Translations under genes and position numbers: made by a program
The notes under the pieces: generated by a model
What the model was told of the DNA's origin: nothing
Seen by the model: the letters and a program-made list of their open reading frames with translations, nothing else
Database searches by the model: none
Source of the DNA: Felis catus
Taxonomy: Eukaryota
NCBI RefSeq assembly: GCF_018350175.1
Contig: NC_058383.1
Span: 16,432,001 to 16,496,000 of the forward strand
Reading direction: 5' to 3'
DNA length: 64,000 nucleotides
Shown here: piece after piece, positions 26,185 to 38,800 of the stretch
Numbering within the stretch: the first letter of the stretch is position 1
Layout of the letters: each line of letters begins with the position of its first letter

Positions 26185-27604
26185 ATTATTTTGTCTTCTG
26201 TGTCACTAATTCATTACTCTGCTTCTTCCACCCTACTGTTCATTGCATCAGGCCTGTTTCTAACGTCGTTCATTGTATTCTTTATCTCTGACTGATTCAT
26301 TTTAAGTCTTTTATATCTGTGGTAAGGGTGTCTGATGTCTTCCATTCTTTTCTCAAGCCCTGATAGTATTCTTATGATGGTTGCTTTAAATTTTCCATCA
26401 GACATGTTACTTATATCTGTTTCACTGGCCATGGCCTTATCTTGTTCTTTCATTTGTGATCAATCACTCCATCTTTGCATTTTGTTTACGTCTCTGCCTT
26501 CTCTCTGTTAGAAAAGCCAGCTATGTCTCTATTCTGAAATAATGGCCTTATGAAGAAGAGATCATGTAACATCCCCAGCCTGTCATTTCAGTAAATGTCT
26601 GGATGTGTGCTGCATGCACTCTGCTATTGTGTTTTGGCTGCTCTATCCTTCAGGCCGGTCATCTGCAGAGGTTCTCTTTGCCTGTTGTGGGCATTGTTTG
26701 GTCCCTGGCCTAAATGTTGTGAGTTTTAATTAGGTGTGTTCTGGTCTGCTTATGAAATGAGACCTGACACTACCTCCACCAGAACTAAGTGCCCATAAAA
26801 TTCTCTGGTCAGGAGACATGATGTGGACAGGGGTTTGTGCTTGCCTTCTAAGGGAGGGGTCCACCCCATTGTGCTTGAGGCAAGCTTGAATGAGAAGGGC
26901 AGTCCCATCAGAGTGCAGGGAGTGGGCTTTGTGCAAGCAAGTTAGTGTGGGCACTGCACTGCTTCCACAGGTGGCTCTTTGTTTATGCTGAAAGGCAGGG
27001 GACTGAAATGGTGCCAGGTAGCTCTTATGTTCCCACAGAGGCATCTGTGAATGATGTCTCTTTGGTATGTGCTCAGAGAAGAGCAAATACTTTCCCCACT
27101 ATGTGCCCAGGCATTCTTTGGAGTTCTGTTTCCATGGGATCTGCCCCTGGGTTGTTTGCCTGCCTTATATCCAGGAGCAGAAAAATGCCCTTGGGGCTCT
27201 CTCCCAGACAAGCCAGCTCACCTTTAAAACTCCAGGCTTTAAGCAACATTGGTTGCAAGAACTCATGAAATTCAGCCCCTCTAGTTTTCCAAACCAATGA
27301 CTTATGTAAAATATTCTCCTTGGGTGTTCCCCTCTGTGCTCCTCTCTTTCTCACCCTTCTCTCTGATGCTGGCTCCCTCCTTTCTGAAGCACCCATAATC
27401 TTTTTCTCCCCTATACCACTTCTCTGCACTTCATACTTTCTTTGATGTGGCCTCTTCTCTCCCTTTGTTGTGGAGTTTGATCTGTCTGTCTTCAGATTGA
27501 TTTCTGGAGTATTTAGGATGATTTTATAGTTATCTATTTGTGTTCAAGAGACAAGATGAGGCTAGGGTCCTCCTACTTTGCTGCCATCTTCCTCTCCCTC
27601 CTCC
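26185..27604 (-). mobile_element. Carnivore L1 5' end: 5'UTR plus ORF1 N-terminus, truncated
   Basis: ORF1-like frame 26214-26453 (MKEQDK..FKATIIRILSGLEK); 5' end gaggaagatggcagc on the minus strand. Confidence 0.9.
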
Positions 27605-27803
27605 AGATTTACTATTTTTAAAATTGAAAGCAAAAACTATGTGTCTGGACAAGACTTACTTGTTCACAAATTTACTTAATTCAAATCTTGTCTGAGTTAT
27701 GATAATCAAATGATAATTCTAATTTCTTAAACCTATTATTAAAATTATTTTTTCAAATGATATTACTAATTTTAATTAATTGTTTTATTTTTGTGTTTTT
27801 AAG

Positions 27804-27924
27804 CAAAGAGGAGATAGTGTCCGTTGCTTAACAATGCTTGGTCATTTTGGTTTTGAATGTTTGCCTCATCAGTTGGTAAACCAATCTATTCAACAAGGAT
27901 TTTCTTTTAATATTCTCTGTGTGG
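27804..27924 (+). CDS. SEPTIN14: SEPTIN14 coding exon 2 ([41 protein letters not shown])
   Basis: ttttaag acceptor, 121 nt, G/gtaagt donor at 27925. Carries the SEPT6-group motif GHxGFxxLPxQLV...GFxFNILCVG. Confidence 0.96.
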
Positions 27925-28082
27925 GTAAGTGCCTGATTCCTCATCTGAATTAGTACTTAATTTTCTCAAATGCTTACTTCAACTTATCTAAAGTAGTGTA
28001 ACACTGGTGCTGCTAATTCAAGACCATGTCCTTCTATCTGTATTTGTTCCCATCATGTTAGTCACATTACTTAGACTTTTTA

Positions 28083-28290
28083 TACAAATAAATTTTTATT
28101 TGTTTTTGAGAGAGAGAGAGACAGAGTGGGGGGGGGGGGACAGAGAGAGATGGAGAGAGAGAATCTCAAGCAGGCTCCACACTGTCAGTACAGAGGCCAA
28201 TGTGGGGCTAGAATCCATGAATCATGAGATCATGACCTGAGCTGAAACCAAAAGTTGGACGCTAAAGAGACTGAGCCACCCAGGTGCCCC
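28083..28290 (-). mobile_element. Can-SINE
   Basis: TSD tagactttt at 28072-28080 and 28291-28299. Confidence 0.92.
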
Positions 28291-28419
28291 TAGACTTTTA
28301 TTTTCTTTGGATGTTTCAGTACTCTTCAAAATCTGATATGCTTTCGTGTATATTTTTTCTATATTATATTAATGACTGAGAGAGTCAAGAGAAACATGTA
28401 TACCTCATTTTTATTCACA

Positions 28420-28646
28420 AGATTTTTAAAATGCATTTTATTTATTTATTTATTTTTGAAAGAGAGAGAGAGTGCACACACATAAGCAGGGGAAGGGGCA
28501 GAGAGAGAAGGAGACAGAATCTGAAGCAAGCTACAGGTTCTGAGCTGTCAGCATAGATCCCAGTGTGGGGTTTGAACCCATGAACTGTGAGATCATGACC
28601 TGAACTGAAGTTGGACACTCAACCAACTAAGCCATTCAGGAGCCCC
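28420..28646 (-). mobile_element. Can-SINE
   Basis: TSD aaacatgtatac at 28392-28403 and 28648-28659. Confidence 0.92.
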
Positions 28647-28754
28647 TAAACATGTATACTTTAAAGGACATTATAGTCATTGATGTATTTGGGTTAAGCG
28701 TTACTTCTTCTTGCCATTTTATGTCCCTAGATAATGTATCTATGTTTATTACAG

Positions 28755-28950
28755 GGGAAACTGGAATTGGAAAATCAACACTCATCGACACATTATTCAA
28801 TACTAATTTGAAAGACAAAAAATCCTCACATTTTTACTCAAATGTTGGACTTAAAATTCAGACATATGAACTTCAGGAAAGTAATGTTCAATTGAAATTA
28901 ACTGTTGTGAAAACAGTGGGATATGGTGATCAAATAAACAAAGAAGCCAG
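28755..28950 (+). CDS. SEPTIN14: SEPTIN14 coding exon 3 (P-loop GETGIGKST ... [16 protein letters not shown])
   Basis: ttacag acceptor, 196 nt, AG/gttagt donor. Contains the G1 P-loop GxxxxGKS. Phases 1 and 2 match the neighbouring exons. Confidence 0.97.
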
Positions 28951-29014
28951 GTTAGTGTTTTCTTATTTTAATTACAAAAGATTTTATTCTTTCAAGGAAT
29001 TTACCTTCTTTACT

Positions 29015-29245
29015 GACATTTCCTCTGGCTATATCACTCCCATCTGCCTCCACCTTTATATAGCCTTCTCTGCTCTCCTTGTGTCTCTTTTAAGGACATT
29101 TGTTGTTTGAACTAAGATGTATCCAGAAAATCCAGGATGATCTTGTTTATACAAACACTCTTTTTTTTCCCCAATAAGATTAAATTTACTGGTTTTATAG
29201 ATTAGGATGCAGACATATCCATCTGATTCTCACCATTGAATCCTT
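29015..29245. mobile_element. MaLR LTR fragment (MLT1-like)
   Basis: tgtgtctcttttaaggacattt..atccaggatgatct..aataag..gattaggatgcagacatatc..caccattgaatcc resembles the MLT1 LTR. Confidence 0.7.
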
Positions 29246-29733
29246 TATATAAGGGTATATCCTTATATATCTATATCAATATCGATATAGATATCCTATA
29301 TATAAGGTTGATTCCTATAAATTTTTCAAATAGATTTTCCCCATTTATTTACTTGTTGGATATTCTCATTTTTAAAATCACTTACCCAAGTTATAAGTAA
29401 ATTTATTTCTGTAAAAATTTAAACGATCCAGATGAAATGAAAACCCACTTAGCCAAATGTAAGTACTTAGAGCCTTTTCTTTTTCCAAAAATAGCCACTA
29501 TTGTAAGTTTAGTAAGTGTACTCTCAGACCTTATGTTGAATTTTTATAATAATTAATATACATTTGAAATAATACAGAACAAGTTTCCTTAAACTATATT
29601 ATGTATAATATAAAAATGCATAAAACATTTATGAACAGGTTAATAGATAATTCTGAAACAAACATCCAATGTAATCACTTTTCTATTCAAATTGTGGTCT
29701 GATTCCCATGGGCCTTAGACATTTCCCTTTCTT

Positions 29734-29954
29734 ATAAAAATTTTTTTAATGTTTATTTTTGACAGAGAGAGATAGAGAGAGAGACAGCATGAGCGGGGGA
29801 GGAGCAGAGAGAGAGGGACACACAGAATCTGAAGCAGGCTCCAGGCTCTGAGCTGTCAGCACAGAGCCCAATGCAGGGCTCGAACTCACAGACCGTGAGA
29901 TCATGACCTGAGCTGAAGTCGGACACTCAACCAACTGAGCCGTCCAGGTGCCCC
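29734..29954 (-). mobile_element. Can-SINE
   Basis: TSD agacatttcc[c/t]tttctt at 29717-29733 and 29956-29972. Confidence 0.95.
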
Positions 29955-29984
29955 AAGACATTTCCTTTTCTTGATCACAACCCC

Positions 29985-30202
29985 TCACCAAACTCATAGA
30001 AGAAGAGTGTAAAATGTTTGCCAATGGTTGGGGAGAAGGAGGAATTAAGAGTTCTTGTTCAATGGATAACGTTTTAATCATGCAAGATGAGATCTGCTGT
30101 ACAACAGATTTAACAGTATATGTAACAGTACTTTATATTACATTCAAAAACTTGTTATGAGAGTAGATATCCATTAAGCGATCTTACTGCAATTAAAAAA
30201 AA
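29985..30202 (+). mobile_element. Old L1MA-type 3' end
   Basis: aaactcatagaag..gagatctgctgtacaac..gagagtagat..attaaaaaaaa. Confidence 0.72.
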
Positions 30203-31306
30203 GCTATAGGAATGCCACAGGAGTTTTACTTAGAGGGAAATTAAAAAAAAATTTTAATGTTTATTTTTGAGAGAGAGAGAGAGAGAGAGAGTGAGGGAAG
30301 GGCAGAGAGAGAGGAAGACACAGAAACTGAAGCAGGCTCCCGTCTCTGAGCTGTCAGCACAGAGCCCGATGTGGGGCTCGAACCCACGAACCATGAGATC
30401 ATGACCTGAGCCAAAGTTGGATGCTCAGCCAACTAAGCCACCTAGGGAAATTAATAGCATAAGATACTTATGTTAGAAAAAACGACAATCTCAAGTATTA
30501 TAAATTTCAATGTTAAGAAACTAGCCAAATAAGAACAAATTTACCCTAAAGCAAGAAAAAGAAAAGAAAAATCATACTACAGCAGAAATTGATGAAAACA
30601 GAAAAAATGTCAGAAAATCAATAAATTGAAAACCTTTAACTAGACTGAGCAAGAAAAATAAATGAGAAGCCAAATACCACCAACATCAGGAATAAGAAAG
30701 AAGACATTATTATGGATTTTACAAATATTAAAAAGATAAGAATACAACAAACAATTCAATGCCCATAAAGTCAACAATTTAGAGGTTAGCCATGGGCTTT
30801 TCATATATAGCTTTTATTGTGTTGACATAAATTCTTTTATACATAGTTTCAAGAGTTTTGCTATTTTTTTAAATGATGAAAAGGTGTTAAATTACATCAA
30901 GTATCTGTTCTGCAACTATTGAAATAGTTATGTAATTTTTCTTTTTCAATCAATGTGGTGTTTATAAATCAACTTACTTATATTGAATAATCCTTGCATT
31001 CTGAGGATAAATCCCACCTACTCATTGTGTATGATTCTTTTAATTTGCTGTTGAATTCACGTTGCTAAGTATTTTGTTGAAGATTTTGCATCTGTGTTTA
31101 TTAGGGATACTTATCTGTAATTTTTTTTTATATCAGGATAATTCTGGCCTTCAAAAGAGTTGGAAATTTTCCCTTTTCTTTAATCCTTTTGGAAGATTTT
31201 AAGCATTGGTGTCAATTCTTCTTTAAGTGTTTATTAGAATTCAATACTGAAACCTGAGTTTTCTGTGTTGGTAAATTTTTGATTACTTATTTAACCTCCT
31301 TATTTG
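30203..31306. mobile_element. Old L1 ORF2 fragments: + strand to ~30785, then - strand
   Basis: The + part matches the post-EN linker up to NKxNNL. The - part matches the adjacent NKEV..KNLP through to IYEKPxAN region. Confidence 0.75.
30245..30443 (-). mobile_element. Can-SINE lacking its first few 5' bases
   Basis: TSD agggaaattaa at 30234-30244 and 30444-30454. Confidence 0.93.
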
Positions 31307-31308
31307 TA

Positions 31309-31618
31309 CAAGAATACCTGATTTTACTAGACTTACTTTATTGTGCTTGTCAGATATTTTTCTTTTTATGTATTTTTTTTTTTTACAAATTGAAAGTTTA
31401 TTGCAGCTCTGTGTAGAACAAGTCTATCAGCCTGGCTTTTCCAAGAGCATTTGATGACTTTGTGTCTCTGTGTCACATTTGGTAACTTTGCAATATTTAA
31501 AATTTTTTCATGATTATATATTGTTATGATCAGAGATCTCTGATGTTACTTTGTAATTGTTTTGGGGTACTATGAGCTGTGTCCACAAAAGACAGGAAAT
31601 TTAATTTGTAGATGTTGG
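31309..31618 (+). mobile_element. Tigger1-like (TcMar) DNA transposon, 5' end
   Basis: TA followed by caagaatacctgattttact (TIR-like), then ttttacaaattgaaagttt..tgtgtctctgtgtcacatttggtaa..gatgttactttgtaattgtttttgggg as in Tigger1. Confidence 0.8.
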
Positions 31619-31619
31619 G

Positions 31620-34590
31620 TTTTTAAGTTTTTATTTTAATTCTAGTTAGTTAACGTACAGTATTATATTAGTTTGAGGTGTACAATATTATGATTCCACA
31701 CTTCCAAACAATACCCAGTTTTTTTCCCTTTGTTTTGTTTCTTAAATTCCACATATGAGTGAAATCATATGGTATTTGTCTTTCTCTGTCTTATTTCACT
31801 TAGCATTATACTCCCTAGCTCCCGCTATCTTATCGAAAATGGCAAGATTTCATTATTTTTATGCTGAATAATATTCCATATATAATATTCCATATATAAT
31901 ACATAATATTCCATATATAGTATATAATAAATATATAATATATTCCATACATTATATGGAATTACATATATATTTTTTATTCAGCATAAAAATATATGAA
32001 TGCATATATGAATAATATATATATAATATATATGCCTCTTCTTTATCCATCAATCTATGGACACTTGGGCTACTTCCATATCTTGGCTATTGTAAACAAT
32101 GCTGCTATAATTATAGGGGTACATATAGCTCCTTGAATTAGTGTTTTTGTATTCTTTGCTTAAATACCCAGTAGTGCAAATGCTGGATCTTAGGCTAGTT
32201 CCATTTTTAACTTTTTGACAAACAAAACTTCATATTGTTTTCCAGAGTGGCTGCCTCAGTTTTCATTTGCACCAACAGTGCATGAGTGTTCTTTTACTCT
32301 ACATCTTTGCCAACACCTGTTGTTTCTTGTGTTGTTAATTTTAGCCTTTCTGACAGGTGTGAGGTGATACCGCATTGTAGGTTTGATTTGCATTTCCATG
32401 ATGGTAAGTGATGATGAACATCTTTTCATGTGTCTGTTGACCATCTGGATGTCTTCTTTGAAGAAATGTCTATGTCTTCTTCCATTTTTAATTTTTAAAA
32501 AATGTTTATTTAGTTTTGAAAGAGAGAGAGAGACAGAGTGTGAGCAGGTGAGGGCCAGAGAGAGAGAGGGAGACACAGAATCCAAAGTAGGCTCCAGGCT
32601 CTGACCTGTCAGAACAGAGCCTGATGCAAGGCTCAAACCTACGAACTGTGAGATCATGACCTGAGCTGAAGTCAGACGCTTAACCTACTGAGCCACCCAG
32701 GTGCCCCACCCCTTCTACCCATTTTAAAATTAGATTATTTGTTTTTTGGATGTTGCATTTTATAAGTTCTTTATACAGTTTGGATACTAACCCTTTATCA
32801 CATATGTAATTTGCAACTATCTTCTCCCATTCCGCAGGTTGCCTTTTAGTTTTGTTGCCTGTTTCCTTTGGTGGGCAGAAGCTTTTTATTCTCATGTAGT
32901 TGGAATGGTTTATTTTTTATTTTGTTTCCCTTGCCTCAGGGGACTTACTGAAAAAAAGGTTGCTACAGCTGATGTCAAAGAGGTTACTTCCTGTGTTCAC
33001 TTCTATGATTTTTATTGTTTTAGGACTCGAATTTAGGTCTTTAATCCATTTTAAATTTGTTTTTATGTATGGTGTAAGAAATGGTCCAGTTTCTTTCTCT
33101 TTCGTGTAGCTGAGCTGTTTTCCCAATACCATTTGTTGAAAGGGCTGTCCTTTTCCCATCAGATATTCTTTCCTGCTTTGTCAAAGATTAATTGACTATA
33201 TAGATGTGGGTTTATTACTGGGTTTTCTATTCTGTTCTATTGATCTACATATCAATATTTGTACCAGTACCATATTGTTTTGATTACTACAGCTTTGTAA
33301 TATAACTTGAAATGTGGAGTTGTGATGCCTCCAGCTATTCTTTCTCTTTTTATGTTTATTTATTTATTTTGAGAGAGTGAGTGAGTGAGAGAGAGAGCAC
33401 GTATACAGAAGTGGGTGAGGGGCAGAGAGAGAGGGAGAGAGAGACTCCCAAGTAGGCTCTGTGCTGTCAGCTCACAGCCTGATGCAGGGCTCAATCCCAT
33501 GACCATGAGATCATGACCTGATCTGAACTCAAGAGTCAGATGCTTCACTGAGCCACCCAAGTGCCCCTGTTTTTCTTTTTCAAGATTGCTTTGGGAATTT
33601 GGGGTCTTTTATGGTTCCATATAAAATTTATAATTGTTTTAGTTCTGTGAAAAATGCTGTTGGTATTTTTTTTAGGGATTTAGTTAAATGTGTAACTTGC
33701 TTTGGGTAGTATAGACATTTAGCAATATTTGTTCTTTTGATCCATGAGCATGGTATATCTTTCCATTTCTTGGTGTCATCTTCAATTTCTTTCATCAGTG
33801 TTTAAATAGTTTTCAAAATACAGGTCTTTCACCTCTTTGTTTAGGTCTCTTACTAGCTATCTTATTGTGTTTGGTGCAATTGTACATGGGATTGAGTCCT
33901 TAGTTTCTCTTTCTGTTCTGTAATGATAGCTTCATTAGGGCTATCTAGAAATGCAACAGATTTATGTATTGACTTCGTATTCTGCAACTTTACTAAATTC
34001 ATTTATCAGTTTGTGCAGTTTTTTAATGGAGTCTTATGAATTTTCTATATACCATCATGTTATCTTCAAATACTGAAAGTTTTACTTCTTTCTGACTAAT
34101 TTGTATGCCTTTTATTTCTTTTTGTTGTCTAATTGCTATGGTTAAGACTTCTAGTACTATGTTGAAAAAAGTTTGGGGATGGACATCTTTGTATTTTTCC
34201 TGTCCTTAGAGGATAACCTCTCCATTTTTAAATATCGCCTTTGATATTCACTGTGGGTTTTCCATATAAGGCCTTTACTATGTTGAGGTAAGCTTCCTCC
34301 AAACCTGCTTTGTTGAGGGTTTTTATCATGAATGGATGTTGTACTTTGTCAGATGGTTTTTCTTTGTCTATTGAAATGATCATACGGTTCTTATCCTTTG
34401 TCCTATTTATGTGATGTATCACATTCATTGATTTGTGAATATTGGATCACCCTTGCAACCCAGGTATAAATCCCACTTGATCATGGTGAATGATTTTTTA
34501 ATGTATTGTTGAATACTTTCTGCTAGTATTTTGTTGAGAATTTTTGTAGCCTTATTCATCAGGGATATTTCCCTGTAGTTCTCTCTTTTT
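31620..34590 (-). mobile_element. Carnivore L1 (host), 3' half; contains SINEs at ~32488-32707 and ~33350-33567 (both - strand)
   Basis: 3'UTR and ORF2 up to KENYRxISLMN; continues at 42346. Confidence 0.9.
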
Positions 34591-35040
34591 AAAAAAAAAA
34601 AAAAAAGAAAAACAACTTTTTTATTGAAGCATAGTTGAAACACAATGTTACATTAGTGTTAGGTGCACAACATAGTGATTTGAAAAGCTTATACATTATG
34701 CTAGAGAAAGAGAACTTTTGGGGTAAAAGAGAATCCCCATAAGACTAATAGATTTTTCAGCACAAAATTTGCAGGTCAGAGGAAAGTGGAATGACATATT
34801 CAAAATACTGAAAAAAACTCCTAACCAAGAATATATTCAGAATTGAAGGATAGAGAAACAGTTTTCCAGGCAAGAAAAGCTGGAGTTTATCAGCACTAAA
34901 CCAGCCTTACAGGAAGTATTAATGGGATTTTTTTTTAAGTTGAAAAGAAAGGGTGTTAACTAACAACAAGAAAACATGTGAAAGAATAAATCTCACTAGA
35001 AAGGTGAATATATAGTAAATGTAGTAGATTATTCACTTTT
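34591..35040. mobile_element. Old L1 debris: a - strand 3' end (34615-34700) and a + strand ORF1 C-terminus/spacer (34700-35035); candidate transduced segment
   Basis: Diverged L1 fragments lying between a younger L1's tail and its TSD. Confidence 0.65.
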
Positions 35041-35397
35041 TAACATTTATTTTGTTTAAATTAATTAATTTTTAAATTTACATCCAAGTTAGTTAGCATA
35101 TAGTAAAATAATAATTTCAGAAGTAAATTCCTTAATGCTCCTTACCCATTTAGCCCATCCCCCCTCACACAACCCCTCCAGAAACCCCCTATTTTGGCCT
35201 CTCCCTGTTTTTATATTATTTTTGCTTCCCTTCCCTTATGTTCATCTGTTTTGTGTCTCAAATTCCTTATATGAGGGAAGTCATATGATATTTGTCTTTC
35301 TCTGACTAATTTCACTTAGCATAATATCCTCTAATTCCATCCATGTAGTTGCAAATGGCAAGGTTTCATTCTTTTTGATTGCCAAGTAATACTCCAT

Positions 35398-35444
<47 letters not shown>

Positions 35445-35586
35445 GTGTGTGTATCTATCTATCTATCTATCTTCTTTATCCATTCATCCGTCCATGGACA
35501 TTTGGGCTCTTTCCATACTTTGGCTATTGTCGATGGTGCTGCTATAAACATTGGGGTGCATGTGCCCCTTCGAAACATCACATCTG

Positions 35587-35880
35587 AGAAATACAAATCA
35601 AAACCACAATGAGATACCACCTCATACCTGTCAGAATGGCTAACATTAACAACTCAGGCAAAAACAGATGTTGGCGAGAAAAAAAAAAAGAGGTTAGTTT
35701 GGGAGAGAGCCAAAGCATAAGAGACTGTTAAAAACTGAGAACAAACTGAGGGTTGATGGGGGGTGGGAGGGAGGAGAGGGTGGGTGATGGGTATTAAGGA
35801 GGGAACCTTTTGGGATGAGCACTGGGTGTTGTATGGAAACCAATTTGTCAATAAATTTCATATATATATATAAAAAAAAA
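35587..35880 (+). mobile_element. 5'-truncated L1 3' end with a 92-bp locally templated inverted 5' segment
   Basis: Perfect 15-bp TSD gaaacatcacatctg at 35572-35586 and 35881-35895; AATAAA and A tail. Confidence 0.93.
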
Positions 35881-38800
35881 GAAACATCACATCTGTATCC
35901 CTTGGATAAATACCTAGTAATGCAATTGCTCGGTCATAGGGTAGTTCTATTTTTAACTATTTGAGGAACCTCCATACTGTTTTCCTGAGTGGCTGCACCA
36001 GCTTGCATTCCCACCAGCAATGCAAAAGAGATCCTCTTTCTCTGCATCCTCGCCAACATCTGTTTTTGCCTGAGTTGTTAATATTAGCCATTCTGACAGG
36101 TATGAGGTGGTATCTCATTGTGGTTTTGATTTGTATTTCTCTGATAATGAGTGATGTTGAGCATCTTTTCATGTGTTAGCTGGCCATCTGGATGTCTTCT
36201 TTGGAGAAGTGTCTATTTATGTCTTTTATCCATTTCTTCTCTGGATTATTTGAATTTTTTGAGTGCTGAGTTTTTAAGTTCTTTATAGATTTTGGATACT
36301 AACCCTTTACCTGATATGTCATTTGATAATACCTTCTCCCATTCTGTTGGTTGCGTTTTAGGTTTGCTGATGGTTTCCTTTGCTGTGCAAAAGCTTTTTA
36401 TTTTGATGAGGTCCCAGTAGTTCAGTTTTCCTTTTCTTTCCCTAGCCTCTGGAGACATGCTGAGTAAGAAGTTGCTGTGACCAAGGTTAAAGAGGTTTTT
36501 GCCTGCTTTTCCCTTGAGGATTTTGATGGCTTTCTGTCTTACGTTTATCTTTCATCCACTTTGAATTTATTTTTATGTAGAATGTAAGAAAGTGGTCCAG
36601 ATTTATTTTTCTGTATGTTGCTGTCCAGTTTACCCAGCGCCACTTGCTGAAGAGACTGTCTTTATCCCAATGGACATTCTATCCTGCTTTGTCAAAGATT
36701 AGTTGGCCATACGTTTGTGGGTCCATTTCTGGGTTCTGTATTCTGTTCCATTGATCTGAGTGTCTGTTCTTGTATCAGTACCATACTGTCTTGACGATTA
36801 CAACTTTGTAATACATCTTCAAGTCCTGGAGTGTGATGCCTCCAGCTTCGGTTTTATTTTTCAAGATTGCTTTGGCTATCCAGGGTCTTTTCTGGTTCCA
36901 TACAAATTTTAGGATTGTTTGCTCTAACTCTGTGAAGAATGCTGGTGTTATTTTGATAGATATTGCATTGACTATGTACATTGCTTTGGGTAGTATCAAC
37001 ATTTTAACAACGTTTATTCTCCCTATCCAGGAGCATGGAATCTTTTTCCATTTTTTTGTGTCTTCTTCAATTTCTTTCATAAGCTTTCTATAGTTTTCAG
37101 TACATAGATTTTTCATCTCTTTGGTTAGGTTTATTCCTAGGTATTTTATGGTTTTGGTGCAATTGTTAATGGGATAGATTCCTTGATTTCTCTTTCTGTT
37201 GCTTCATTGTTGGTGTATAGGAATGCAACCGACTTCTGTGCATTGATTTTATATCCTGCAATTTTGCTGAATTCATGGATCAGTTCAAGCAGTTTTTGGT
37301 GGAATCTTTTGGGTTTTCCATATAGAGTAGTATGTCATCTGTTAAGAGTGAAAATTTGGCTTCCTCCTGGCTGATCTGGATGCCTTTAATTCTTTTGTGT
37401 TGTCTGATTGCTGAGACTAAGACTTCCAATATTATGTTGAATAACAGTGGTAAGAGTGGACATCCCTGTCTTGTTCCTGACCTTAGGGGAAAACTGTCAG
37501 TTTTTCCCCATTAGGATGATATTAGCCGTGGATCTTTCATATATGGCTTTTATGATCTTGAGGTATGATACTTCTATCCCTATTTTCTTGAGGGTTTTTA
37601 TCAAGAAAGAATGCTATATTTTGTCAAATGCTTTATCTGGATATATTGAAAGTATCATGTGCTTCTTGTCCTTTTTTTAAATTGATGTGATGTATCATAT
37701 TTATTGTTTTGTGGATATTGAACCAGCCCTGCATCCCATGTATAAACCCCACTTGGTCGTGGTGAATAATTCTTTTAATGTATTGTTGGATCTGGTTGGC
37801 TAGTATCTTGTTGAGGATTTTTGCATCCATGTTCATCAGGGAAATTGGTCTGTAGTTGTCCTTTTAATGGGGGCTCTGTCTGGTTTTGGAATGAATGTAA
37901 TTCTGGCTTCATAGAATGAGTTTGGAAGATTTCCTTTCATTTCTATTTTTTGGAACAGCTTCAAAAGAATAGGTGTTAATTCTTTAAATGTTTTGTAGAA
38001 TTCCCCTGGAAAGCCATTCTGTCCTGGACTCTTCTTTGTTGGGAGATTTTTGAATATTATTTTGATTTCTTTGCTGGTTATGGGTCTGTTCAAATTTTCT
38101 ATTTCTTCCTGTTTTAGTTTTGGTAGGAATTTGTCCATTTCTTCCAGATTGCCCACTTTATTGGTGTATAATTGCTGATAATATTATCTTATTATTGTTT
38201 GTATTTCTGCAGAGTTGGTTGTGATCTCTTTCATTCTTGATTTTATTTATTTGGGTCTTTTCCTTCTCATTTTTTGGGGGTCGAACTGGCTAGGGGGTTA
38301 TCGGTTGTGTTAATTCTTTCAAAGAACCAGCTCCTGGTTTTATTTATCTGTTCTATTGTTGTTGTTTTTTTTAGTTTGTTTCTTTGTTGGGTTTTGATAG
38401 CATTGATTTATGTTCTAATCTTTTTTTTCTTGTCTTCTGCTGATTTTAGGTTTTATTTGCTGTTCTTTTTCCAGCTCTTCTGGTGTAAGTTTAGGTTATG
38501 TATCTGAGACCTTTCTTCCTTCTTTAGGAAGGCCTGTATTGCTATATACTTCCCTCTTATGACAGCCTTTGCTACATCCCAGAGGTTTGAGGCTGTGGTG
38601 TTATCATTTTCATTGGCTTCCATGTACTTTTTAATTCCCTCTTTGACTTCTTGCTTAGCCCATTCATTCTTTAGTAGGATGTCCTTTAGTATCCAAGTAT
38701 TTGTTATCTTTCCAAATTTTTTCCTGTGGGTGATTTCAAGTTTCATAGCATTGTGGTCTGAAATATGCACGGTATGATCTTGATCTCTTTGTACTTGTTG

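Noticed and set aside
28652..29110. 152-aa ORF as a standalone GTPase gene
   Set aside because: Only 28755-28950 is septin-like and it is bounded by splice sites; the rest is intron read-through.
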